The notes beneath the pieces are model-generated. The model was not told the DNA's origin. It saw nothing but the letters and a program-made list of their open reading frames with translations, and ran no database searches. A stretch of DNA of 64,000 nucleotides from an uncultured Syntrophaceae bacterium (GTDB lineage Bacteria; Desulfobacterota; Syntrophia; Syntrophales; UBA2210): contig CAZSYH010000002.1 of assembly GCA_964610735.1 (NCBI GenBank), positions 12,933-76,932 of the forward strand. The letters are read 5' to 3'. Below are positions 32,897 to 41,836 of the stretch, one piece after another; position 1 is the stretch's first letter; every line of letters starts with the position of its first letter. A program made the translations under genes and the position numbers.

Positions 32897-33340
32897 ATGA
32901 ATAAAGATAAAGTTCAAGCGATCTTCTCGCCTTACAGTATATTTGATCATACGGCCGACTTGGGAGTGGAGATATATGGAATAGATGAGCGGGATCTCTT
33001 TCGCAATGCCGCAGTTGCCCTTTTTGATATAATGACGGACGTAAGCCTTGTACATGCAAGAGGAGAATGGGAAGTTTTTGCTGAAGGGAGGGATTTAGAG
33101 GAACTTCTGGTAAACTTCCTCAGAGAGATATTGTATATGTACAGCGGTGAGGGATTGTTGCTGAAAGAATTTGTTATTTCCGAGATGGACAATTTTCACT
33201 TAAAGGGAACAGCAAGGGGGGAACCTTTTGTACATAAAAGGCACTGTATGAGTGCCGAGGTAAAGGCAGTTACATACCACGGGACAGAGATACACAGAGC
33301 TGGGGGAGTGTGGACCGGGAGGATTATCCTTGATGTCTGA
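32897..33340 (+). CDS. Archease (RtcB activator)
   Basis: FDHTADLGVEIYG N-terminal motif and C-terminal VKAVTYHG pattern; 147 aa. Overlaps the rtcB start by 11 nt. Confidence 0.85.
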   Translation: MNKDKVQAIFSPYSIFDHTADLGVEIYGIDERDLFRNAAVALFDIMTDVSLVHARGEWEVFAEGRDLEELLVNFLREILYMYSGEGLLLKEFVISEMDNFHLKGTARGEPFVHKRHCMSAEVKAVTYHGTEIHRAGGVWTGRIILDV

Positions 33341-34778
33341 TATCAAGATAGAACGGCTTGATGCCTTCCGCTGGATCATACCCCCTACGGGTGGCATGCG
33401 TGTACCCGGGATTATCTATGCCGATGAGCGGATGATGAAAACGATGGGCACGGATGAAAGCCTCAAACAGGTCGCCAATGTGGCGCACCTGCCGGGGATC
33501 ATCGGCCATTCACTGGCGATGCCCGATATCCACTGGGGATATGGATTCCCCATCGGCGGTGTCGCGGCTTTCGATATGGAAGAGGGGATTATCTCTCCCG
33601 GAGGGGTGGGATATGACATCAATTGCGGTGTTCGCCTGATGGCGACTAATCTCCAGTTTGGTGAAATCAAAAACAGGGTGAAAGATCTTGTTATCGCTCT
33701 CTTCAAGAACATACCTGCCGGTGTGGGCTCCGAAAGTGCCCTTAGGCTTTCGATGGATGAAGAAAAAAAGGTGTTACGCCAGGGAGCCGCGTGGGCGATT
33801 AACCGTGGCTATGGCTCCGACGACGATCTTGCCAAGACCGAAGATGGCGGCGCGATGCAGGGGGCGGACCCCTCCTGTGTAAGTGAACGGGCCCTCGAGC
33901 GAGGGCGCAGACAGCTGGGGACCCTGGGTTCCGGGAACCATTTTTTGGAGATAGAGGTTGTGGATAAGATCTTTGACAGAAAAATTGCCTCCACATTCGG
34001 ACTGGTGGCCGAGGGACAGGTTGCCGTCGCCATTCACACCGGGTCACGGGGTTTCGGATATCAGGTGTGCGACGACTATCTCGCGCGAATGGTCAAGCAC
34101 AGCAGCGCTCTGGACTTTTCCCTCCCCGACCGGCAGCTGGCCTGTGCGTATCTTACCTCTGATGAGGGTAAGAAATATATGACTGCCATGGCCTGTGCCG
34201 CGAACTATGCCTGGGCGAACAGGCAGATGTTGATGCACTGGACGGCACAGACCTTTGAGAAAACCCTGCAACGCTCTCCACGCGACATAGGGATGAGGCT
34301 TGTTTACGATGTGTGTCACAATATCGCAAAGGTGGAAGAATTTGAGATAGCGGGCAGGGAAAAAAGCTTATGCGTACACCGCAAGGGGGCCACGAGAGCG
34401 TTGCCTCCACAGCACCCAGCCCTGCCGGACGTGTATCGCGAGGTGGGCCAGCCGGTACTGATACCTGGGGACATGGGGACAGGATCTTATGTGCTAGCGG
34501 GGACAGACAAGGCCCTAGAGGAGACCTTCGGCAGTACCTGCCATGGCGCTGGGCGTATAATGAGTCGCGGCAGGGCGATGAAGGAGAGCGGGAGCAGATC
34601 AATAGCAAAAGAGATGGCCGACAGGGGTATTGTGGTTATGGCTGCTGGCAAAAAGACAATTCGGGAGGAGATGCCCGACGCGTATAAGGACATAGAAGAC
34701 GTGGTGAACATTGTCCATCTGGCCGGCCTGTCCACAAAGGTCGCGCGGCTCAGGGCAGTTGGCTGTATCAAGGGATGA
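33330..34778 (+). CDS. rtcB: RNA-splicing ligase RtcB (3'-phosphate/5'-hydroxyl RNA ligase)
   Basis: MPDIHWGYGFPIGG, GGVGYDINCGVRL, LGSGNHF, HTGSRGFG, and STCHGAGR motifs; 482 aa. Confidence 0.93.
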   Translation: MMSDIKIERLDAFRWIIPPTGGMRVPGIIYADERMMKTMGTDESLKQVANVAHLPGIIGHSLAMPDIHWGYGFPIGGVAAFDMEEGIISPGGVGYDINCGVRLMATNLQFGEIKNRVKDLVIALFKNIPAGVGSESALRLSMDEEKKVLRQGAAWAINRGYGSDDDLAKTEDGGAMQGADPSCVSERALERGRRQLGTLGSGNHFLEIEVVDKIFDRKIASTFGLVAEGQVAVAIHTGSRGFGYQVCDDYLARMVKHSSALDFSLPDRQLACAYLTSDEGKKYMTAMACAANYAWANRQMLMHWTAQTFEKTLQRSPRDIGMRLVYDVCHNIAKVEEFEIAGREKSLCVHRKGATRALPPQHPALPDVYREVGQPVLIPGDMGTGSYVLAGTDKALEETFGSTCHGAGRIMSRGRAMKESGSRSIAKEMADRGIVVMAAGKKTIREEMPDAYKDIEDVVNIVHLAGLSTKVARLRAVGCIKG

Positions 34779-34988
34779 GAGAGGAGAACAGGATAAAGGA
34801 GCGCCACCTGGAATAGCGATTTCAGGTTCAGGGATGGCCGATGCTTGACAAAACAGAGAATATGATTAGCTTGAAGCGAGTATCCGGAAAGCAGCAGGAA
34901 GGGGTTTATGTTCTGAAACCCGATTCCCGACAGCTGGATATTGGAATAATAGTGAGCTGGATTTGTAAATTCCAAAGGAGACTGAATC

Positions 34989-35954
34989 GTGCCTGATATA
35001 AATATACCGAAGGACACCTATGATATTGTTATAGTGGGGGGCGGCCCCGGAGGACTGGCTGCGGGGATGTATGCGGCTAGGGCTGACATGAAAGTATTGC
35101 TGCTGGAGGGAAATGCCCAGGCCAGCCAGATAACCATGACGGATATGATAGAAAATTACCCCGGCATATCTGAGATCAGCGGGTTTGAACTTAATGATAG
35201 GTTTAAAAAGCAGGCGGTTTCATTTGGTTTGGAGACCAGACCGGAACAGGTAGACCGCATAAACCGAAACCAATCAGGAGACATTGAAGGATGGGAGGTT
35301 ATTACCGATAACGATGCCTACCGGACTCTTTCCGTCATTGTTTCTACGGGAGCGGCTTGGAGTAGCTTGGGAGTGCCGGGGGAGCACAAGTTTATCGGCA
35401 GAGGAATATCATACTGCGCCACCTGTGATGCCCCCTTTTACAGAGACAGGGAAGTTGTCGTGATTGGAGGCGGAGATACCGCTATCCAGGAAGCCCTCTA
35501 TTTGACGAAATTTGCCTCGAAGGTTACAGTCATTCACAGAAGAGACCGCCTGCGCGCGACGGCCATACTTCAGCAGCGGGCCTTTGCCAACGAAAAAATC
35601 ACATTTGCCTGGGATTCCACCGTGGAGGAGATCCTGGGAGAGGATGGTGTAACAGGGGTAAGAATAAAGAATGTCAAAGCGCCTGACAGGTATGAAGAAA
35701 TTTCTGCCGACGGCGTTTTTATCTTTGTCGGTCTTGTGCCGAATACGGCCTTTATCAAGGGAATTGTCGATCTGGATAAGGGGGGATATATTATTACAGA
35801 CAGCGATATGAGCACATCGGCTGGAGGCGTCTTCGCATGTGGAGATTGCATCAGCAAATCCCTGAGACAGGTGGTAACCGCCTGCGGCGATGGGGCGACG
35901 GCCACGCACAGCGCCTCGCTGTATGTTGATGAATTAAGGGGACAGGCATACTGA
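34989..35954 (+). CDS. trxB: Thioredoxin-disulfide reductase
   Basis: FAD motif VIVGGGPGG, redox-active CATCD, NADPH motif VVVIGGGDTA, and GVFACGD; GTG start. Confidence 0.9.
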   Translation: MPDINIPKDTYDIVIVGGGPGGLAAGMYAARADMKVLLLEGNAQASQITMTDMIENYPGISEISGFELNDRFKKQAVSFGLETRPEQVDRINRNQSGDIEGWEVITDNDAYRTLSVIVSTGAAWSSLGVPGEHKFIGRGISYCATCDAPFYRDREVVVIGGGDTAIQEALYLTKFASKVTVIHRRDRLRATAILQQRAFANEKITFAWDSTVEEILGEDGVTGVRIKNVKAPDRYEEISADGVFIFVGLVPNTAFIKGIVDLDKGGYIITDSDMSTSAGGVFACGDCISKSLRQVVTACGDGATATHSASLYVDELRGQAY

Positions 35955-35976
35955 GAAATATTTTTAAGGAGAAAAA

Positions 35977-36171
35977 ATGCCGATTTATGAGTACGTCTGC
36001 AAAAATTGCGGCAATAAATTTGAATTAATCCGATTCGCGAGTGATGATGATAACGATATAGAATGTCCTGGATGTGGCGAGAAAAAGGCAGAGAAGGTTG
36101 TTTCCTCCCCTGCCGGGTTGCAGGGATCCGGTCAATCCTGTTCGGGAGGGGGAACATCCCCTTTTACCTGA
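35977..36171 (+). CDS. FmdB-family zinc-ribbon protein
   Basis: MPIYEYVCKNCGNKFE...CPGCG, a classic CxxC...CxxC zinc-ribbon pattern with a Gly/Ser-rich tail. Confidence 0.8.
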   Translation: MPIYEYVCKNCGNKFELIRFASDDDNDIECPGCGEKKAEKVVSSPAGLQGSGQSCSGGGTSPFT

Positions 36172-36256
36172 GGCTGATTTATGCCCCGACGGGTCGGGGC
36201 TGATATCAGGTGGGGTACAGGTTTGAATTCAGGGCCGGAACTTCTGACACCGAAAG

Positions 36257-37108
36257 ATGGGGGCAATGATCCAAACAGTCAATTTCTGGCAGCATATTCC
36301 TGAGCATATCAATCCGGCGTTTCTGGAGATAGGTTCCTTTCAGCTTCGTTACTATGGGCTTATGTACCTTGTCGCTTTCTTCATCGTCTATCTGCTCGTT
36401 ATCCACAGAATAAAGGATGAAGGTATCGACTGGTCGAAGGAAACTATCCAGGACTATTTTGTATGGGCAATAGCAGGACTTTTGATAGGGTCGCGGCTGG
36501 GATATGTCCTCTTCTATAATCTTGAATACTATGCGGCGCACCCCCTTTACATTATATTTCCCTTTGACACCTCCGCCGGTTTCCGGTTTATCGGGATCAG
36601 CGGTATGTCATATCATGGAGGGCTTGCGGGTATTGTCCTTGCGTCTGTCTGGTTTTGCCGGAGGCGCGTGATAAATTTCTGGCAGTTTGCGGATCTTTTC
36701 TGTCCCGCGGTACCGCTCGGGTATACATTCGGCAGGATAGGAAACTTCCTGAACGGTGAGCTTTACGGCCGAGTAACCGATGCATGGTGGGGCATGTATT
36801 TCCCTCTGGACCCGCTTTTTCGCCTTCGTCACCCATCTCAGCTTTATGAAGCCTTTTTTGAAGGCCTATTTCTCTTTGCGCTCCTGTGGAGTGTCAGGAA
36901 AAAAGGCTGGTTTGACGGATCTTTGTTGAGCCTGTATCTTGTCGGTTATGGGATTGTGCGGTTTTGTATTGAATTTTTCAGACAGCCGGATTCCCAGGTG
37001 GGCCTATTTATGGGAATGCTCAGCATGGGGCAGCTACTCTGCCTCGCGATGATTATTTTTGGTGTTGTTGTTATGCTCGTAAAAAAACAACAGGGAGAAA
37101 GCGAATGA
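36257..37108 (+). CDS. lgt: Phosphatidylglycerol:prolipoprotein diacylglyceryl transferase
   Basis: YYGLMYLVAF, SYHGGLAG, FGRIGNFLNGELYGR, HPSQLYE motifs and multiple TM helices. Confidence 0.92.
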   Translation: MGAMIQTVNFWQHIPEHINPAFLEIGSFQLRYYGLMYLVAFFIVYLLVIHRIKDEGIDWSKETIQDYFVWAIAGLLIGSRLGYVLFYNLEYYAAHPLYIIFPFDTSAGFRFIGISGMSYHGGLAGIVLASVWFCRRRVINFWQFADLFCPAVPLGYTFGRIGNFLNGELYGRVTDAWWGMYFPLDPLFRLRHPSQLYEAFFEGLFLFALLWSVRKKGWFDGSLLSLYLVGYGIVRFCIEFFRQPDSQVGLFMGMLSMGQLLCLAMIIFGVVVMLVKKQQGESE

Positions 37109-38439
37109 ACAGAAAGCTGATAGTAATCGGGGGCGGCGCCGGGGGACCTTCTGCAGCCGCGGAGGCAAAGAGGAGAGATCCATCCCTGGATGTAACAATG
37201 TTGGAAAAGGGTGAGTTTGTTTCATATGCCGCCTGACCCATGCCTTATTACATCGGTGATGTAATCAAAGATTCGGGAAACCTTATCGCGAGAACCCCAG
37301 AAAAGTTTGAAGAAACCGGGGTAAGCGTGGAGCTTAACACCTGCGTCGAAGGCATCGAGACCGACAGGGGGGAAGTCCTGCTGGCAAGTGGCAGAAAGCT
37401 GTCATATGATACGCTTGTTATAGGAACAGGTGCCGAAGCAACTCTACCTGACATACCGGGCACGACACGGGACGGGGTATTCACGCTGAAAAATCTGCGG
37501 GACGGCATCAACATCAAGGAATATATAAAGCGTAACAGGTGTCGCAGGGCGGTAATAGTCGGGGCCGGTTTTATCGCCATGGAGATGAGCGAGGCCCTGA
37601 GAACTCTTAGCCTTGAGACCAGCGTCGTATACAGGGGCGAGCTTCCTGTCAAAAAATGGGATCCGGTATTTTCCGGGGTGGTTCTGGAGGAGCTTGTAAA
37701 CAACGGAGTATCCTTTATCGCCCACAACTCTCCTGTTGCTGTTGAGAAGGGCTCAGATGCCCGACTGTGTCTGGTTACCGATAAAGGAAAGATAGAGACC
37801 GACATTATCGTATTCGCCCTCGGTGTGAGACCTGAGACGAAGCTGGCGCGTGAAGCAGGCCTTGAGACGGGAGAATCCGGCGCCATCCAGGTGGATTCTT
37901 CGCAACGCACCTCACGAGAGGAAATATTTGCCGTTGGCGATTGCTGTGAGTCATATCACCGGTTGAGCAAGAAATGGGTGAATATTCCACTGGGAGATAT
38001 AGCGAACAAACAAGGACGGGTAGCCGGCCGTAATATTGCCGGATATCCTATGATATTCCCCGGGATTGTAGGCGCCCAATCCTTTAAGGTGTTTGGCTTG
38101 GAAGTTGCCATGACCGGTCTTGATGAGAAGACGGCGGAAAAGAGCGGATATTCGCCCGCAGGCAGCATAATCTGGGGGAACCCTGTGGCGCGTTCCATGA
38201 GTGGGGGTCAGAGACTGGGGCTCAAACTGATCGCGGACAGGGGTTCGGGAAAATTGCTGGGGGCGCAGGCAGTAGGACAAAGCGGAGCGGTCAGCCGCAT
38301 CAACATTCTGTCCGCGTGTCTGTGGTCCGGCATGGGGCTTGACGAAATAGGCTATATGGATCTCGCCTACAGTCCGCCCTTTGGCGGGGCGTGGGATGTG
38401 ATTCATACCGCGGCCCAGGTCCTGGGGAAAAAGCTGTGA
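37105..38439 (+). CDS. CoA-disulfide reductase / NADH oxidase-family flavoprotein with in-frame TGA (probable selenocysteine) at the redox-active Cys position
   Basis: ATG 37105 (ATGA overlap with the lgt stop) reads MNRKLIVIGGGAGGPSAAAE..LEKGEFVSYAA-TGA(37234-37236)-PMPYYIGDVIKD, in the same frame as ORF 37240..38439. The full length would be 444 aa, typical for the family. A second Rossmann motif (VIVGAGFIAME) and GDC are present. Confidence 0.8.
37247..37265 (+). other. Candidate bacterial SECIS hairpin
   Basis: Perfect 8-bp stem ATTACATC/GATGTAAT with a GGU apical loop, starting 10 nt after the UGA. The loop centre is ~21 nt from the UGA. Confidence 0.55.
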
Positions 38440-38566
38440 AATTCCCGGGAGTGGTTTGGCAATAACAACAGACCCCATATGCCCCGGGGTGCTGTGAAAT
38501 ATGTATCGAGTCTGAAACAGATGAACCTTTAGTCCTCGTTTTCAGGGCTTTATCAGGTATCAGCCA

Positions 38567-39964
38567 TTACAATCCGGACTCGCTGGGATTGTAATGTTTT
38601 TTGCTGTAATGCTGTTTCACGGCGTGGAGGAAGCGTACCCCGCGGCCCATCTCTTCAAAAACGGGGATGCCCATATCTTCCAGACCTTTTTTGAATGCGT
38701 GGAAAGGTTCTCCCATCCCCGCCAGCCATGCGATGACTGGTTTGTCAAGTTCTTCCTTAAGCCTGCTCAGGTGGAGAAACACACTGCTGTCACATCTTCC
38801 TGAAAATGGATGTATGATAAGAGAGTCAACTCCCCTGTCGTGCATGACTGCGGCCGCCACCTTTGTGTAGACGGCCTCTATTCCATTTTTTTCGACGGCA
38901 GGCCATATATCAACAGGATTTGAGGGATCCATCCAGGGTGGGAAGACCTCTTTAATGGATTTCAAGGTTTCTTCGGATAATGAAGCCAGAGGGAGATCAT
39001 AATCCTGCAGAAAATCGGCGGTCACGATTCCTCCTCCACCCGAGAAGGTAATAACAGCCGTTCCACCATCACTCTTACGGTATCTGGTTTTGGAAAAACC
39101 CCGGAGAAGATCCATGAGTTCATTAAAGTCATACGCCGGTATTACACCTGATTGCGTGAAGGCGTGTTTCATGATTGTGTAATTACCAGCCAGGCTGGCC
39201 GTGTGACTCACGGCTGCGCGGGCTCCGGAGGGGCTTCTCCCCCCCTTGAGAACGATGACTGGTTTAGTGGTGGATCGGCACAGTTTCATGAAACGCCTGA
39301 TGTCGACGATAGATTCAGTGTACAACCCGATAACCTCGGTGAGGGGATCATCTATCAGATATTCCAGCAAATCGGTTTCATTGACGTCACTTTTATTCCC
39401 GATAGAGCATATCTTGCTAATACCCATCCCCCCCCTCTCGAGTATCATCATGAGAAAAATAGCGGAGAGTAAGCCGCTTTGAACGATCATCGAAACGTTC
39501 CCGGGAACCATCAGGGTCTTCCACGAATCCGTATACATGAAGGAAAACACATGCCTCGAATGACCGTCGAGAAGACCCATGCAGTTGGGTCCCCACAGCC
39601 TGATTTTGTGTTTGCGAGCTATGGCTGTGCATTCTTCCTGGAGTTTTTTTCCTTCTTCACCCACTTCCGCGAATCCGGCCGACTCAATAATGATTCCCCT
39701 GACATTTTTCTTCGCGCACTCTTCTATGACAGGGGGAAGAAAAGTGGCCGGGATGAAGTATATGGCCAGGTCAAAATCACCGGGGATGGATGATATATCG
39801 GGATAGCATTTCATTCCAAGGATTGAATCATGCTTCGGATTTACGGGGTATATCCTGCCTTTGTACCCGCCGGACATGTTGTTCAGGATGTGATATCCGC
39901 CTCTCAAAGGATTGTCCGAAGCACCGATTATTGCCACCCCGTCGGGGTTGAAGAAAAAATTCAT
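38567..39964 (-). CDS. Acyl-CoA synthetase (NDP-forming) alpha-type protein (CoA-binding plus CoA-ligase domains)
   Basis: N-terminus FFNPDGVAIIGASDNPLRGGY..YPVNPK (CoA-binding) and GPNCMG. The middle region has succinyl-CoA-ligase-like flavodoxin domains. No ATP-grasp subunit is adjacent. Confidence 0.8.
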   Translation of the reverse strand: MNFFFNPDGVAIIGASDNPLRGGYHILNNMSGGYKGRIYPVNPKHDSILGMKCYPDISSIPGDFDLAIYFIPATFLPPVIEECAKKNVRGIIIESAGFAEVGEEGKKLQEECTAIARKHKIRLWGPNCMGLLDGHSRHVFSFMYTDSWKTLMVPGNVSMIVQSGLLSAIFLMMILERGGMGISKICSIGNKSDVNETDLLEYLIDDPLTEVIGLYTESIVDIRRFMKLCRSTTKPVIVLKGGRSPSGARAAVSHTASLAGNYTIMKHAFTQSGVIPAYDFNELMDLLRGFSKTRYRKSDGGTAVITFSGGGGIVTADFLQDYDLPLASLSEETLKSIKEVFPPWMDPSNPVDIWPAVEKNGIEAVYTKVAAAVMHDRGVDSLIIHPFSGRCDSSVFLHLSRLKEELDKPVIAWLAGMGEPFHAFKKGLEDMGIPVFEEMGRGVRFLHAVKQHYSKKHYNPSESGL

Positions 39965-40239
39965 GAGGGTTCACTCCGTTTTTGTTTATTAGCCGCCTTC
40001 TTTATAAACGGAACAGGCGAATTGTCAAACGCTTTCTTCCCGCAATAGTTTTATAGGATCAAGTTTCCTTTCTGGATGGCACTCGCTATCATATACGATA
40101 CTAGGTTCTGGCGAGTAAAGCTTGCCGCATTAAAAGAGTTGACAATTACTGGCAAATATTTTATTGATCTACAATACGAGAGGAAGTTGTTTTATTGGAA
40201 ACAGAGGTTAGACATTACATTATTTGAAAGGAGAGGATT

Positions 40240-41265
40240 ATGTTGAAGAGGAAAAGTCTTGTACTGTTTATTGCGCTGATTGTGGCTTTGTCAATGGTCT
40301 TTATCAGCCCGGCGTTTGCGGCGAAAAAGAGTTTCTTCGCGATTGCAACGGGGGGCACGGGGGGCACTTATTATCCCCTGGGGGGGGTTCTGGCGCAGGC
40401 CCTGTCCAACAAAATTCCCAGCGTTATTGTTACCGCTCAGTCGGGTAACGCGTCTGTCGCGAACTGCAACCTCATAAAGAGTCACCAGATCGAATCGGCT
40501 TTCGTGCAGAACAATGTTGCCTACTATGCGTATACCGGGATCCAGCAGTTTGATGGGAACCCCGTTAAAAACCTGAGGGCCATCGCCTCTCTCTACCCCG
40601 AGACAATCCAGATTATTGCCAGGGAGGGAGCCGGGATAAAAGGCGTGAATGACCTGAAGGGAAAGAAGATGATCCCGGGTGACAGGGGAAGCGGGACCGA
40701 AGTGGACTGCCAGGCGGTTCTTTACGGTATCGGCCTTACCTATGATGATTTTGCCAACGTGGACTGGCTCAGCTTTTCCGGCGCCGGCCAGAGGCTGAAA
40801 GACAGGCAGGCCGATGTGGCGTTCATTACAGCGGGATGGCCCACGGCTGCTATTACAGAGCTGGCCACGACATCGGATGTCACACTTGTTCCGCTGGATG
40901 ACGAAACCATAGCAAAGATCATCAAAAAATATCCCTTCTACGCGAAGGTCGTTATCCCCGCGGGCACTTACAGAGGAGTGGATGTGGATACTCCGGCCAT
41001 CACCACGATGGCTCAGTGGGTGGTTGATGCCAAAGTTTCGGAAAAGATGGTGTACGACCTTACAAAGGCGCTGTGGGATAAGGGGGCTTTTGTCCTGCGC
41101 AAAGCGGGAGAGAAGGCCGCCGATGCGCCGAGCGGAGCTGAGATTATGGCGCAGGCCCACGACAAGGGTAAAGATGTTACCCTCGCCACGGCGCTTGACG
41201 GCGTAGCAATCCCCCTTCATCCGGGCGCAGCGAAGTTTTACAGGGAGAAGGGTCTGATAAAATAG
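40240..41265 (+). CDS. TAXI-family TRAP transporter solute-binding protein
   Basis: Signal peptide, then the IATGGTGGTYYPLGG motif and the pattern ...NAS..N...; C-terminal HPGAAKFYRE. Confidence 0.88.
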   Translation: MLKRKSLVLFIALIVALSMVFISPAFAAKKSFFAIATGGTGGTYYPLGGVLAQALSNKIPSVIVTAQSGNASVANCNLIKSHQIESAFVQNNVAYYAYTGIQQFDGNPVKNLRAIASLYPETIQIIAREGAGIKGVNDLKGKKMIPGDRGSGTEVDCQAVLYGIGLTYDDFANVDWLSFSGAGQRLKDRQADVAFITAGWPTAAITELATTSDVTLVPLDDETIAKIIKKYPFYAKVVIPAGTYRGVDVDTPAITTMAQWVVDAKVSEKMVYDLTKALWDKGAFVLRKAGEKAADAPSGAEIMAQAHDKGKDVTLATALDGVAIPLHPGAAKFYREKGLIK

Positions 41266-41290
41266 CAGCGGATTGATCCGTTAAGGAGGT

Positions 41291-41320
41291 GTCCGGGCAC
41301 CGGTTTTCCGGTGCCCGGAC
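41291..41320 (+). promoter_or_regulatory. Strong intercistronic stem-loop between the binding-protein gene and the DUF1850 gene
   Basis: Perfect 13-bp GC-rich stem GTCCGGGCACCGG/CCGGTGCCCGGAC with a TTTT loop. It lies between AAGGAGG (41284-41290) and the ATG at 41324, and only three T residues follow the stem. Confidence 0.7.
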
Positions 41321-41323
41321 TTT

Positions 41324-41824
41324 ATGGATAAGAAAAAAATAATCATCCTCTCTTCTCTTGCCGCCCTCTTTTTCTTTTCTCTTATTCCCTGTCATGTATT
41401 GCGAATAGAGGCGGCAAGGAGAAATCAAACGGTCTTCGTTCAGGCAATCCGGCCGGATTACAGATTTTCAACCAGATATATTCATTCGGTTGAGTTGTGC
41501 CCTGTCGGAGAGTACTTCAAAATTGATAGTAATTTCAGAATCGTTCTTTATGAAACGACATTCTCTTCCTGCAATACCGGACTTCCAACTACTCTTTCCG
41601 GAAATGAAAAGTTCTGTACTAATGGGGATCACATGCGTATCTCCGACATGCACAGGGTATTGCCGCAGCTTGATCTATGGGTCAATAAAAAGTACGATAA
41701 CACCTTGACGCTGTGGGATGGGGAGGTATTGGACCTCCCCTCTCTGGCGGGAGACACCCTCTTGAGGATAACAGTGGAAAAGCTGACTGTTTTCAATCTT
41801 TTGTATCTAAAGATGGAAAGCTGA
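41324..41824 (+). CDS. DUF1850-domain protein (accessory gene of TAXI-TRAP loci)
   Basis: N-terminal TM helix and the YIHSVELCPVGEYF motif. The position between the TAXI receptor and the fused permease is typical. Confidence 0.7.
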   Translation: MDKKKIIILSSLAALFFFSLIPCHVLRIEAARRNQTVFVQAIRPDYRFSTRYIHSVELCPVGEYFKIDSNFRIVLYETTFSSCNTGLPTTLSGNEKFCTNGDHMRISDMHRVLPQLDLWVNKKYDNTLTLWDGEVLDLPSLAGDTLLRITVEKLTVFNLLYLKMES

Positions 41825-41836
41825 GAGGACCTTTAC

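Noticed and set aside
34864-35007. Small ORFs and an in-frame TGA upstream of trxB, checked as a possible Sec-containing thioredoxin or glutaredoxin-like gene.
   Set aside because: The translations have no CxxC/CxxU redox motif or thioredoxin-fold pattern. Readthrough of the TGA gives only an 11-codon peptide.
36183-36200. GC-rich hairpin GCCCCGA-CGGG-TCGGGGC after the FmdB-family gene, considered as a terminator.
   Set aside because: No T/U tract follows on either strand and lgt follows closely. That is insufficient to call it an intrinsic terminator.
40077-40092. TGGCAC upstream of the TAXI-TRAP locus, considered as a sigma-54 -24 element.
   Set aside because: The sequence at the expected -12 position (ATCAT after a 5-nt spacer) lacks the conserved GC of TTGCW. 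No enhancer-binding-protein gene is nearby.
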